This document shows, in pieces, positions 46,997 through 59,205 of a stretch of DNA of 64,000 nt (its first letter is position 1; every line of letters starts with the position of its first letter). The notes below the pieces were generated by a model. That model was not told the origin of the DNA and did not search any database. It saw only the letters and a list, made by a program, of their open reading frames with translations. The DNA is from Methanobacteriota archaeon (lineage in GTDB: Archaea > Thermoplasmatota > Poseidoniia > Poseidoniales > Poseidoniaceae). The DNA is taken from contig JABJMO010000031.1 of assembly GCA_018659375.1 (NCBI GenBank), forward strand, positions 39,233-103,232. Reading direction: 5' to 3'. The position numbers were made by a program, and so were the translations under genes.

Positions 46997-48045
46997 AAAT
47001 CTAATACGACCTTTCCGCAGTCACCACTAATTGCTAAATCCATGGCCGAGTTAAACTCTTCATAAGGCATACGATGGGTAACCAATGTTTCAATATCAAT
47101 TTTACCCGCACTAAGTAGTTCGTGCATTTTATCCCATGTTGACCACATCTTACGACCATTTATTCCTTTTAGGTGAAGGTATCTGAATACAATCTCATTC
47201 ATTGGCACCTGGGTTGTTTCAGTACCATATACGGACAAGATATTGACATAACCGCCCATTCTTGTAGAGTGGATGGTATTTGTTAATGCGCTTGGAGCCC
47301 CTGAAAACTCGCATGAGTTGTCTACTCCTTTGCCGTTGGTGTGAGCCAAAATTGTCTCCACTATATCGTCGTCTTTACCAATAACTAGATCTGCTCCTAG
47401 CTTCTTTGCCAATTTCATTCTTGACTTGTTATCCCAATCGATGGCAATTATCTTCTTTGCGCCCATTGCTTTGGCAGCATTTACGGCAAATAGCCCGATT
47501 GGTCCAAGTCCGTGTATAGCAACTGTTGAGTCTTTCACCGGGCCCCCTGTTAGGGTGTGGATTGCGTTACCCAGTGGGTCTTGAATAGATGCTAGTTCAA
47601 GTGGAATATTATCTGGTACATGTCTAGCATTAATTGCTTGGACTGAGAAATATGGGGCAAAGGCTCCGTCTGAATGTACTCCAAATATCTCGCCGTTTTC
47701 ACAAATATGGGCATTTCCTTCGGCGCATCTATCACAATTCCAACATGCAAGATGGCACTCTACTGCGATTTTATCACCTATTTTGTGAGTGTTAACATCC
47801 TTGCCTATTGCAACGACTGTTCCACATGTTTCATGGCCGGTTATAGTGCCAGTCGGGACGTTTTCTGCAGCCCAATGATCCCACTTCCAAATGTGGATGT
47901 CGGTGCCACATATTGATGTTGAATGTGTTTTCACTAACACCGCATCATCTGCGCAATTTGGTAAAGGTGTTTCAACGAGATTAAAACCCCCTTTTTCCGG
48001 CTTGGTTTTTTTCCAAGCCATCATTGTAGTTGGTAAATTCTCCAT
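46993..48045 (-). CDS. tdh: L-threonine 3-dehydrogenase / Zn-dependent medium-chain dehydrogenase
   Basis: ICGTDIHIWKWDHWA, GHETCGTVVAIG, structural Zn site CWNCDRCAEGNAHIC, and GLGPIG. The ATG at 48045 is used; the track start at 48054 is GTG. Confidence 0.75.
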   Translation of the reverse strand: MENLPTTMMAWKKTKPEKGGFNLVETPLPNCADDAVLVKTHSTSICGTDIHIWKWDHWAAENVPTGTITGHETCGTVVAIGKDVNTHKIGDKIAVECHLACWNCDRCAEGNAHICENGEIFGVHSDGAFAPYFSVQAINARHVPDNIPLELASIQDPLGNAIHTLTGGPVKDSTVAIHGLGPIGLFAVNAAKAMGAKKIIAIDWDNKSRMKLAKKLGADLVIGKDDDIVETILAHTNGKGVDNSCEFSGAPSALTNTIHSTRMGGYVNILSVYGTETTQVPMNEIVFRYLHLKGINGRKMWSTWDKMHELLSAGKIDIETLVTHRMPYEEFNSAMDLAISGDCGKVVLDF

Positions 48046-48183
48046 GTTGCTCACTTACCTGTCGGTGAAGGCACCCTTTGATAATTCTCTATAAAAGTTA
48101 ACATAATTATGAGGAAATAATTTTCCGTTTCTCGGATATGTTGATTAAGGGGTCATCGGTGGTAAAAAACCCGTTGGTGTGTC

Positions 48184-49824
48184 ATGAAGTACGTTGTTGT
48201 CAGCGGAGGAGTCCTTTCTGGACTTGGGAAAGGGGTCACTGCTAGCAGTATTGGGGTCTTGATGAAAAGTGCTGGCCTTAGAGTCACCTCAATAAAAATT
48301 GACCCTTACTTGAATAGTGATGCTGGAACTATGTCACCATTTGAACATGGTGAGGTTTTCGTTCTCGATGACGGTGGAGAAGTCGATCTTGACCTAGGGA
48401 ACTATGAGCGATTTCTTGACATAAATTTAGGTAAGGATAACAATTTAACAACTGGTAAAGTTTACTCAAAAGTAATTGAAGCTGAAAGAAGAGGGGATTA
48501 CCTTGGTAAAACAGTTCAAGTTATCCCCCACATAACGAATGAAATTCAAGACTGGATTGAGCGTGTTGCACACATTCCAGCCGATGGTAAGAAGGACGCC
48601 CCTGATGCTTGTATAATCGAGTTAGGAGGTACTGTGGGAGATATTGAATCAGCACCATATATCGAAGCGCTTAGGCAATTTCAGTTTCGCGTCGGGCGAA
48701 ATAATGTTACCTTCGTTCACGTTTCTTTAGTCCCAGTAATGGGCCCTGTCGGTGAACAAAAAACCAAACCAACACAACACTCTGTTAAGGAATTGCGCGG
48801 TCTAGGAATCACCCCTGATATCCTAGTTTGTCGCTCGACAAAGCCGATGACAGAAGAGACGAAAGAAAAGTTGGCTGCATTCTGTCATGTTGCACCTGAA
48901 GCTGTTATGTCGACACACGATGTACCTAACATTTACCATGTTCCATTGATGTTAGAGAAGCAAGGATTGTGCAAGATTCTAGATATTGATTGTAGTGATT
49001 CAACTCTATTATCTGATTGGAAAACCATGGCCCATGATTTAGATTTACTTAGTGAAGATGTTTCCATTGCGATGGTGGGCAAATATACTGATCTGTCTGA
49101 CGCATACTTATCAGTAATCAAAAGTTTACAGCATGCAGCAATGAAAGTCAAACGCCGGTTAACTATTAATTGGATTGAGGCAAGCCATTTAGAAACAAGT
49201 TGGAAGAAAGACAATTCTCAAGAACATGATGATGCTTGGAAATTATTACGAAACTCAAATGGAGTTTTAGTGCCAGGAGGATTTGGTGACAGAGGTATTG
49301 AAGGCAAGATTATAGCCGCTCAATATGCTCGGGAAAATAACATTCCATATCTCGGAATTTGCCTTGGGTTGCAAGTAGCGACCATTGAATTCTGCCGTAA
49401 CGTGCTTGGTATTTCGGGGGCAAATTCAACAGAATTTGATGATAATCCTGAGTTCCCCGCGGTAATCTTCATGCCGGAGATTTCCAAAACTCATTTGGGT
49501 GGAACTATGAGGTTGGGTAGCAGACCAACAATATGGCAAATTGATGATTGTAAGATTAAGCGACTATACGGTGATGGTGAATCTGTTGATGAACGACATA
49601 GACACAGGTATGAAGTGAATCCGGACTTAATCCAACAAATAGAAGAGGCTGGTTTGATGTTTGTTGGCAAAGATGAAACCGGGCAGCGATGTGAAATTTT
49701 TGAATTGGCAGGTCATCCATATTATGTTGGAGTACAATATCATCCTGAGTTTAAATCAAGACCGGGAAGACCCAGCCCCCCGTTCCTTGGCTTGTTAATG
49801 GCTGCTGCTGATATGAAAATATAA
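48184..49824 (+). CDS. pyrG: CTP synthase
   Basis: [21 protein letters not shown], and GATase domain GICLGLQ with HRHRYEVN. Confidence 0.97.
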   Translation: MKYVVVSGGVLSGLGKGVTASSIGVLMKSAGLRVTSIKIDPYLNSDAGTMSPFEHGEVFVLDDGGEVDLDLGNYERFLDINLGKDNNLTTGKVYSKVIEAERRGDYLGKTVQVIPHITNEIQDWIERVAHIPADGKKDAPDACIIELGGTVGDIESAPYIEALRQFQFRVGRNNVTFVHVSLVPVMGPVGEQKTKPTQHSVKELRGLGITPDILVCRSTKPMTEETKEKLAAFCHVAPEAVMSTHDVPNIYHVPLMLEKQGLCKILDIDCSDSTLLSDWKTMAHDLDLLSEDVSIAMVGKYTDLSDAYLSVIKSLQHAAMKVKRRLTINWIEASHLETSWKKDNSQEHDDAWKLLRNSNGVLVPGGFGDRGIEGKIIAAQYARENNIPYLGICLGLQVATIEFCRNVLGISGANSTEFDDNPEFPAVIFMPEISKTHLGGTMRLGSRPTIWQIDDCKIKRLYGDGESVDERHRHRYEVNPDLIQQIEEAGLMFVGKDETGQRCEIFELAGHPYYVGVQYHPEFKSRPGRPSPPFLGLLMAAADMKI

Positions 49825-50961
49825 TCATACATCAGAGACTCTAATTACTCTAGTTGTCCTATACCCTTGTAACATTTTGACAAATTTGCGTTCTCTAAAT
49901 TCTTGATCTAAATCGCTATCTCCAGTATCTATTCTTACATTAGATAACCCAGTCAATTTTGCCGGTGTTGCTACACCAAGCACTGAACTAATGCCGATTA
50001 GGCGAAGGACGGCTGGTGAAAGTTGAAGGTTGCCTCGGCCGATTAAGAATCCTTGACCACCCATTGGAGAAAGAAGGAGAATTTTGTTACCGGTGTGTTG
50101 CTGTAATATCTCTATTAGTTGCTCTTCATTTAGGTCTGCGTATATTTTATCATCATGTTGAATATCTATTCCTAATAGAGTTAATTCCTGATTAAGTAAA
50201 TCGCCAATCATTCTAAGAGTTCCACCACTCCCCCAAACCACCATCAGATTAGAATCTGCTTCGATTAAATCAGCAATATGGGTGGCTAATCCTTCAATTA
50301 TCTCCTCTTCAGAAGCACGTTCAACTTGTTGTTTGGACCCTTGCATGAATCTGGGACTGGCAGGAGTTAGTGCTTCACCATACATTCTAACTTTCCACTC
50401 CCCGGCTAGATAGATTTCTTCATCTAAATCCATGACTTCTGTTATTGATGACATTAAGTCTCCTATAGCAAAAGAAAACAAAACCTCTGCTGCCGCATTT
50501 GGGGTAGTAGCAAAACAGCCGGAATGCATTTTGACACCTCCTGGCACGCCTATTAATGGTATTTTTTTATCTCCAAGGGCGTTGACTATGTCACGAGTTG
50601 TGCCGTCTCCTCCTGCATACAATATCACATCGACATCATTGTCGATTAGTTGTTGAACTAAATCATTGGTGTTTAGAGCATTTGTCGAGTTTGGAGTTTT
50701 ACCAATTGAATTGTAAGTGAGGCTTGCTAGCCAGTCTCCGCCCATTCTTCCCTCCCAAGTATATATTTCTGGATTTATATTAGCCCTATTTAGTGAAGAG
50801 TTGAGTAACTCATCAAACTTAACGATACATTGAGTCATTCTAGGCCCGGCTCTGTCTTGAGCTCCTGCTTCCCGTGCTTCAACAGCCCTTCCATCACTAC
50901 CTTTGAATCCCAGCCTACCGCCTAGGCCAGCATCGGGGTTGACGACTATGCCGACTCGCAT
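49825..50961 (-). CDS. ATP-NAD kinase-like family protein (COG3199-type)
   Basis: N-terminus MRVGIVVNPDAGLGGRLGFKGSDG and GGDGT motif (YAGGDGTTRD). Confidence 0.6.
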   Translation of the reverse strand: MRVGIVVNPDAGLGGRLGFKGSDGRAVEAREAGAQDRAGPRMTQCIVKFDELLNSSLNRANINPEIYTWEGRMGGDWLASLTYNSIGKTPNSTNALNTNDLVQQLIDNDVDVILYAGGDGTTRDIVNALGDKKIPLIGVPGGVKMHSGCFATTPNAAAEVLFSFAIGDLMSSITEVMDLDEEIYLAGEWKVRMYGEALTPASPRFMQGSKQQVERASEEEIIEGLATHIADLIEADSNLMVVWGSGGTLRMIGDLLNQELTLLGIDIQHDDKIYADLNEEQLIEILQQHTGNKILLLSPMGGQGFLIGRGNLQLSPAVLRLIGISSVLGVATPAKLTGLSNVRIDTGDSDLDQEFRERKFVKMLQGYRTTRVIRVSDV

Positions 50962-51056
50962 GTTACCGGGTTATCTTAGTACTTCATGAAGGTCTGTGTC
51001 ATCATAGTAGACAAGGAAGCAAAGATTTCATTTGCTATACGGCCATATACACAATT

Positions 51057-51404
51057 ATGGTGAAGAATGACGAAGTACCTGATTTGGATTCGGCGCTTGA
51101 GAAAAGTTTTGCAGAAATGAAAATCGGGGAGGAAAACTTTTCCAATCAGAAGGTTACTGATCAAGACCAAGAAAGTAGTACCCAAGATATCGCTTATGGG
51201 CAAAAGTATTCCTCGGAAAAACATTCTGGGAAAATTATTGTAAAGCCAGTTGTATGTAATAAAAAAATCATTGAACATGGAGTTGAAAGTGAAGACTTAG
51301 TAATTCAAGAAGATTTAGATGAAGTGGTTACCCCTAAACCCAGCACCGTCGTTGTTGATTCACCAACCTCCACAATTGGAGATGATTTTGCTGTTGAGTG
51401 GTAA
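51057..51404 (+). CDS. Hypothetical acidic, probably disordered protein (115 aa)
   Basis: It is the only plausible ORF in the ~500-bp gap upstream of katG, with an ATG start. Ends ..DDFAVEW. Coding status is uncertain. Confidence 0.35.
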   Translation: MVKNDEVPDLDSALEKSFAEMKIGEENFSNQKVTDQDQESSTQDIAYGQKYSSEKHSGKIIVKPVVCNKKIIEHGVESEDLVIQEDLDEVVTPKPSTVVVDSPTSTIGDDFAVEW

Positions 51405-53618
<2,214 letters not shown>

Positions 53619-53624
53619 TTTTTT
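53619..53624 (+). terminator. Short T6 run immediately after the katG stop (weak archaeal terminator candidate)
   Basis: tga tttttt seen in sequence. Only 6 T, and the next gene starts 16 nt later. Confidence 0.15.
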
Positions 53625-53639
53625 CAAGGTTTGATTGAT

Positions 53640-54014
53640 ATGTCCCCACTAAGGAATAAGCGGGTTACTCGGCAAAAACAGCTAGTATATGACTGTGTAA
53701 TTGATAGAAAAGACCATCCATCAGCAAATGAGGTATTCGTTGATTTGCAGAACACTGGTATCGGTCTTGCGACAGTTTATCGCCAGTTATCTGCGATGGT
53801 TGATGAGGGAATTCTAAAGTCGTTTGAGCATTCAGGTCAAATAAGATACGATCGCTTAGTCACTCAACACGCCCATTTTGTTTGCACGGTATGCGATAAA
53901 ATATGGGATGTTGATTTGCCTGAAGATATTTTGTTGATGACTCCAAATGTTTCTGACATCGATGTAGAAGGCTTAGAATTGACTTGGAAAGGTATTTGTA
54001 AAGCATGCAAATAA
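53640..54014 (+). CDS. Fur-family transcriptional regulator (PerR/Fur-like)
   Basis: Winged-helix region (VTRQKQLVYDCV..HPSANEVF..GLATVYRQL) and CxxC pairs (CTVC ... CKAC). The ATG at 53640 is used; the track start at 53631 is TTG. Confidence 0.7.
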   Translation: MSPLRNKRVTRQKQLVYDCVIDRKDHPSANEVFVDLQNTGIGLATVYRQLSAMVDEGILKSFEHSGQIRYDRLVTQHAHFVCTVCDKIWDVDLPEDILLMTPNVSDIDVEGLELTWKGICKACK

Positions 54015-54035
54015 TCTTCAAAGGAAGTATTTGTT

Positions 54036-54713
54036 ATGAAAACTGCAGTAATTACCGGGGCAAGTCGCGGTATTGGTTCAGAATTTGTCGTTAGATTATT
54101 GGATAAGGGATGGCGCGTATATGCTGGTTTTAGAAAAGAGATGCATCGGTTGGATTTGATTGAAGATGAAAACCTCATTGTTTGCCAATTAGATGTGACC
54201 GACAATGATTCTATTGAAAGGTTTACCCAGAGAGTAGAACATCATGTTGATTTATTGATTAATAATGCTGGCGTCCCTGATGGTCGCTGGCGTAATATCA
54301 AAGAAATAGATGATCAGTGGGCTCTTGAAGTCATAAATATCAACTCACTTGGACCGGTAAGGTTAGTGCGTTCATTGTACGAAAAAATGGGTGGGAATAG
54401 CCTATCTACTGTTGTCATGATTAGTAGTTTGATGGGCTCTATTGATGATTGTCATTCGGGACGATCTTATGCTTATCGTGCGTCAAAAACCGCATTAAAT
54501 ATGTTCACTGTTGCTATGAAAAAAGAAGCTTTTGAAGATAATATTTCATTCTTAATACTACACCCTGGTTGGGTAAAAACCAGAATGGGTGGAGAAAACG
54601 CGCCTGTTGAAATGAATACTAGTGTTGAGGGGATGATGAAATTAATTCAAGGACATAATCTAGAAGATTCAGGCAGATTTGTTCAGTATGATGGTGTTGA
54701 TTTGCCTTGGTGA
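54036..54713 (+). CDS. Short-chain dehydrogenase/reductase
   Basis: TGASRGIG, NNAG and YRASK motifs. Confidence 0.85.
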   Translation: MKTAVITGASRGIGSEFVVRLLDKGWRVYAGFRKEMHRLDLIEDENLIVCQLDVTDNDSIERFTQRVEHHVDLLINNAGVPDGRWRNIKEIDDQWALEVININSLGPVRLVRSLYEKMGGNSLSTVVMISSLMGSIDDCHSGRSYAYRASKTALNMFTVAMKKEAFEDNISFLILHPGWVKTRMGGENAPVEMNTSVEGMMKLIQGHNLEDSGRFVQYDGVDLPW

Positions 54714-55063
54714 AGGAGGCTATACCGCAACTCACTTTAGTGATTAAATCAAAAGCAAAAGATGGTATTGAAACCATGGTTGAAGAAGATAATAATTTGA
54801 TTCAAACACTTTCAATGTTGTGCTCTTTTTACACTGTTGATGATTTATGTTCATTTCTTTATTCTGATAAATTTCAATCAATGGATCATAAATTGTATGA
54901 GTTGGTTTTTGAAATGGGGCTTTATTCCGACCATCAAATAACCTTAGATATTATTCCACGGGGAAGTAAAATGTCTGTTTGTGATTCAAAAAACACAGTC
55001 TGTGATTCTCACCAATCGCTAAAAGTAGTTATTTCAGACTGGTTAGTTGAGGTAACTGGTTAG
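54707..55063 (+). CDS. Hypothetical protein (118 aa from TTG; 95 aa from ATG at 54776)
   Basis: ORF only, with no motif. It overlaps both neighbours by a few nt. Confidence 0.3.
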   Translation: MVKEAIPQLTLVIKSKAKDGIETMVEEDNNLIQTLSMLCSFYTVDDLCSFLYSDKFQSMDHKLYELVFEMGLYSDHQITLDIIPRGSKMSVCDSKNTVCDSHQSLKVVISDWLVEVTG

Positions 55064-55869
55064 AAAAATAATGAGCAGCATGTGAGTGATCCGTCTGCAG
55101 CTCTTATTTCACTAAAGTCTAGTATAATTGTTTCCAAATTTAATTCCTTTAGTGTCGCAAGTACTGATGGATAGCCTTTAGCAACAATGACTTTGTTGTC
55201 TGGTAAACCAATTGTATTGCACCCATAGGTTTCTTCTTCGGGCATCCAAATTACTCGGGAGTTTTCCGGTAATTCGCCAAACGCATCTTTTGGTAAATAT
55301 CCCTCTGGGGCGAGAATTATTTCATCAGTTGGAGTTGATGCTATACTAGTTAGGTGAAGTGCTTTATCTGGAATGTCAATTACTCTAAGTTCGTGTCCTA
55401 AGTGAGAAAGTAAATCTCTTAACTCCTCAATACCTAAATCATTAGTTCTAGTAGAGCGCCCAACAAAAAAGATATCCCCTAAACGAAGTATGTCGCCCCC
55501 ATCCATTCTAGCATCGCCACTCATGCGGCAAATTTGTGCTCCACCCATTTGGCTGACTAAGAAATTAGCAATAGGTGGCTGTTCGGCGACTCTTGATGGA
55601 TGTCCAGGGACTGGGAGTAAGACGTGCCCGTCAACAATTACGGCTTGGTCTTCAACAAATAAGCAATCTGGGTGTTTGTGATCTGCATCAAGCATAGTTA
55701 CTGTTACTCCACATGATTCTAATGCTTCACGATATTGTTGGTGCTGCATACGTGCTAAATCGATATCTTGTGGCCCGCTACCGAAGAATTTAGCTAATGC
55801 TGATTTATATGAATTAGGAATGGCACGGACAAGAGCCCGGGGTTTCTGGTCCAAACGAACCGTTGCCAT
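55060..55869 (-). CDS. Dimethylarginine dimethylaminohydrolase (DDAH)/amidinotransferase-fold enzyme
   Basis: PDCLFVEDQAVIV, MDGGDIL, GRSTRTN, LHLTS and C-terminal nucleophile context ADGSLTCCSLF. Confidence 0.75.
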   Translation of the reverse strand: MATVRLDQKPRALVRAIPNSYKSALAKFFGSGPQDIDLARMQHQQYREALESCGVTVTMLDADHKHPDCLFVEDQAVIVDGHVLLPVPGHPSRVAEQPPIANFLVSQMGGAQICRMSGDARMDGGDILRLGDIFFVGRSTRTNDLGIEELRDLLSHLGHELRVIDIPDKALHLTSIASTPTDEIILAPEGYLPKDAFGELPENSRVIWMPEEETYGCNTIGLPDNKVIVAKGYPSVLATLKELNLETIILDFSEIRAADGSLTCCSLFF

Positions 55870-55951
55870 AATGAAATCCCGAAGTTGTCCCCTCTTAATG
55901 CTTAGCCCAATAATGGAAACTCGTTCCCATATAGTGAAAAATGCGCGTTTT

Positions 55952-56629
55952 TTACGGTTTTTCGGCTTCTTCGACCAGAGTCAATATGTCTTCTTTGACC
56001 AAATCAATAATCCAATCAAAGTCGCCCCACCAGATTCTTTGATTACCTTCATGATCAATCAATACAGTTCCAGTGGAATGGTCTATGTTGTAATCTGTTG
56101 CTGAAGGGTGGTGTCTTCCTGAGGTGTTGGTTTCGGACTGGTTTTCTTCGATTTTAAACCCGACACCAAAGTCACCCCATACCTTGTTCAACGTCTTCAT
56201 CTCTTCAGAGTTTACATCAGTATTTGACACTGTTAAGTGGGTCCAATTCGATTTGGTTCGTGTTTTCCATTCATCCATTATCGTAGTATTATCGCGCCAT
56301 GGGTCGACTGTTATAGTAATGAATTCGATTAATTCTTGTTGTGACTCATTTAGGCTTTCAGAAATATATCTCATATTGTAGGTTACTATCGGGCAAATAT
56401 CGTAGCAGTTAGTGAATAAAAAGGCAATTACTGTTACCTTACCTGCTGTGTTATTTTTAAAATTGTAAGTCTCATTATCGCTTGTTAGTAAATTAAAGTC
56501 ATCGGTTAATTTTACTGGGCTGACTAAATCGCCGTGAAACTTTGATTCGTATTCTTCACTAGACCCACCAAGGCAACCTGATGAAAACATCATTAGACAA
56601 ACCAATAAAGCCAAGGATTTTTTCTGCAT
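55952..56629 (-). CDS. SCO1/SenC-family thioredoxin-fold copper chaperone, lipoprotein-like
   Basis: Signal/lipobox-like MMFSSGC, metal motif FTNCYDICP (CxxxCP), and conserved His context YNIDHSTGTVLIDHEGN. Confidence 0.8.
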   Translation of the reverse strand: MQKKSLALLVCLMMFSSGCLGGSSEEYESKFHGDLVSPVKLTDDFNLLTSDNETYNFKNNTAGKVTVIAFLFTNCYDICPIVTYNMRYISESLNESQQELIEFITITVDPWRDNTTIMDEWKTRTKSNWTHLTVSNTDVNSEEMKTLNKVWGDFGVGFKIEENQSETNTSGRHHPSATDYNIDHSTGTVLIDHEGNQRIWWGDFDWIIDLVKEDILTLVEEAEKP

Positions 56630-56638
56630 TTTTATCCC

Positions 56639-58429
56639 TCAGACAGTAGTCCCTAAATATGGTCTGTCGATGTCTAATTGCATCACATATAACCCAGTGG
56701 AAATACAAGAGGCATAAGTGATACCATTATGATGTTCTACAGCCCATAAAAAGGGCACCCAAGAGAACTCATAGAAATCTGATTCCAAAATTACTCCGTC
56801 ATCGCCGTGAGGAAGATACCATGCTACTGTTGCTTCAGCGTAGGTACCAAATTTATCATCTGGATTGGTTGGAGAAACTAGTGTTTCAATGTCCAATACC
56901 CAAAGCCCTGCGTGATAGTGTGATATGTATAGACGTCCATCCCAACCACCACCGTGGCTTTGGTCAGTGTTCTCATCGGTTTCAAAATATGCGCTGTCAA
57001 GATTGTGTGGTGAAAATAATAGCCACTCATCTCCATCTGGATTGATTGGGCAGTCTGCGCCATAACAGTGATCTTCAGCCCAAGGAATTTCCCAGTCCCG
57101 AACAAGTTTTGGTTCAAATCTTAACTGACCGTCAATCATTGTGTAATCGGTTGTATCTAATAGGTAAATTATTCCAGTACCAACTGAAGTAGAAAGAACC
57201 TCGACTGCAGCAGTAGTCAAATGAACTGGTTCATCTGAGTAGCCAACGTGGGATAAATCTAACATTTCTGGATAAGGTTCAGCGTAGTGGATATAGGAAA
57301 CTCTTCCACCGTTTTCATTACCAGTTGTTCCACTATCTGGTTGGCCGTCTTCATCCAAATCCAGGAAGTCCATCCACATACCTACTTCTTCAGCGCGCCA
57401 ACGACATTGTACTGGGTTGCCAAAACCAGTCTTACATAGAGTGGCGTGAACAGTATATTCTTCTGGTGACTTCACTGGATGGGGTACATCTGTTACATCG
57501 GCAATTCTCAAACCTGCTTCCCAATAGCTTCCATAGATGAATGTGCGGCCGTATCTTGGATCGGTTTGATCTTCTCCTGGCCATAATTGAACAGTCATAT
57601 CGTGAATGTAAATCCAGCCACCGCGAGTATGTTCCCAAGCGACTTCATATTCTCCAACTTTAATGATTGTATGACCTTGTCCAGAACCAGGAACACCGGG
57701 GAGGTTTCTGGCTGCTGAACCATCAAGATTCATGTGAGCAATAGTAACTCCACCACAAGCTTCGTCGATAGCATCATTACAAGCTTCATAATCAGGGTTA
57801 GCCACGAATAGATACCACTCTCCGTCAATCATGTGAGTGTATAGGTTATGTGGCCCGCTTGGATGGTCTACGTCATACCAAGAATCAATATACGTTGGAT
57901 TTGTTTTATCGGTTACATCAATTAAAGTGACTGATACTTGGGCTGGGTCGCTCCATTCCCCAACATTTGGGTCTGCATAGCCTGGATCGATTAGTTGGTT
58001 TTGCTGAACAATATATTCCCTGCCATTATATTCAATATATTTGACATCCAGAACTTGGGTGTTTGGATCAACATATTTTCCAACAACTGTTGTGTTGTTG
58101 GGGTCTGTTACGTCAACAATATGCATGTCGTTCCAACCGGCTAAATAGGCATATGTTTGACCATCTGGAGTTGTAGCAACTTGCACTTCCGCATTACCGT
58201 TGGTAGTTAATGGATTGAAGTCTAGTTGCTCAATATTATCAGTGCCGACCATGTGTTGTGATGCATTAGCATGATCGTGTCCTTCGTTTTGGAACAATGG
58301 GTCTTCACTGTCAAAAATTATTGAATTTATCTGATTATTTGGGGCTTCTTCACCCGAAAAAACATACATTGCACTAGATACCATCAAGAGTACTAGAAAG
58401 AAGGTGAGTGCTAACTCCTTGCCCCGCAT
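56639..58429 (-). CDS. Secreted LVIVD-repeat beta-propeller protein with His-rich N-terminal segment
   Basis: Signal peptide, then NEGHDHANASQHM. Repeated LVIVD-like blades follow: MHIVDVTDPNN, VTLIDVTDKTNP, GLRIADVTDVPHP, GLWVLDIE, GLYVMQLD. Confidence 0.7.
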   Translation of the reverse strand: MRGKELALTFFLVLLMVSSAMYVFSGEEAPNNQINSIIFDSEDPLFQNEGHDHANASQHMVGTDNIEQLDFNPLTTNGNAEVQVATTPDGQTYAYLAGWNDMHIVDVTDPNNTTVVGKYVDPNTQVLDVKYIEYNGREYIVQQNQLIDPGYADPNVGEWSDPAQVSVTLIDVTDKTNPTYIDSWYDVDHPSGPHNLYTHMIDGEWYLFVANPDYEACNDAIDEACGGVTIAHMNLDGSAARNLPGVPGSGQGHTIIKVGEYEVAWEHTRGGWIYIHDMTVQLWPGEDQTDPRYGRTFIYGSYWEAGLRIADVTDVPHPVKSPEEYTVHATLCKTGFGNPVQCRWRAEEVGMWMDFLDLDEDGQPDSGTTGNENGGRVSYIHYAEPYPEMLDLSHVGYSDEPVHLTTAAVEVLSTSVGTGIIYLLDTTDYTMIDGQLRFEPKLVRDWEIPWAEDHCYGADCPINPDGDEWLLFSPHNLDSAYFETDENTDQSHGGGWDGRLYISHYHAGLWVLDIETLVSPTNPDDKFGTYAEATVAWYLPHGDDGVILESDFYEFSWVPFLWAVEHHNGITYASCISTGLYVMQLDIDRPYLGTTV

Positions 58430-58501
58430 GTTAATGCCGATACTAATGCCCGTTTTGACTTTATGTGATGATGGTTTAGCCTAAAATAGCGGGGAATTGA
58501 T

Positions 58502-59155
58502 ATGCGGATAGTAGCGTTGTTAGTTGTAACTATGATGATGGTGCCTTGTTTAGCCGTTCAAGCACATACTCCAAACGTTATGATGAGTATTTTGAAAGAA
58601 GAGGGCCCTGTTCCAGAAGATGTTGTAGAAACAGCCAGCCTTGTCGAAGGTGATGGTATCAAGTTCAAAGTAGGTGATTCTACTAACAATACTAGTATGA
58701 GAGTTAGTATTGATATTGATGGTAATGGTATGTTTAATGACAGTATTGATTTTATTTCCCCTTGGATGGTTTTTGATTGCGTTTATGATGAAAATGGTAC
58801 ATTATTAGATGAAAATTGTTCGGAATCTGTAGTATTTTATTTCAATGGCACAAATGGGTCTGGAATATATGATTATCAATTAGAAAGAATGGTTAATAGC
58901 AGCCATACAAATGTTTGGATTAACACAATTTTTGTCGGAATGGATGACCATAGTGAGTCTGGATTACCAAGTGTTGGAGACTGTTTTGGTGCTGGTTGTG
59001 AAGAAGATATTACTCAGTCAACTGAAAACACAGATGAAGGATATGACAAATATATTCCACTGTTGATGGTTGTTTCTGCGATTGGATTACTTGGTGTCGC
59101 TATTAGTATGATTACTGAAGAAAAAGAAGAAGTGAAATCTAGTGAAGAAGAGTAA
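58502..59155 (+). CDS. Secreted, C-terminally membrane-anchored protein of unknown function
   Basis: Signal peptide MRIVALLVVTMMMVPCLAVQA with a predicted cut before HTPNVMM. C-terminal TM IPLLMVVSAIGLLGVAISMI and an acidic tail. Confidence 0.55.
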   Translation: MRIVALLVVTMMMVPCLAVQAHTPNVMMSILKEEGPVPEDVVETASLVEGDGIKFKVGDSTNNTSMRVSIDIDGNGMFNDSIDFISPWMVFDCVYDENGTLLDENCSESVVFYFNGTNGSGIYDYQLERMVNSSHTNVWINTIFVGMDDHSESGLPSVGDCFGAGCEEDITQSTENTDEGYDKYIPLLMVVSAIGLLGVAISMITEEKEEVKSSEEE

Positions 59156-59205
59156 CTTGATTATGCAGTAGAAGTATTAATTGACTAAGCCTTAATCCAA
59201 GACAC

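Noticed and set aside
50976-51278. Minus-strand 100-aa ORF in the katG upstream gap
   Set aside because: The Phe/Ile/Asn-rich translation is typical of AT-rich noise. The overlapping plus-strand acidic ORF is somewhat more protein-like, though also uncertain.
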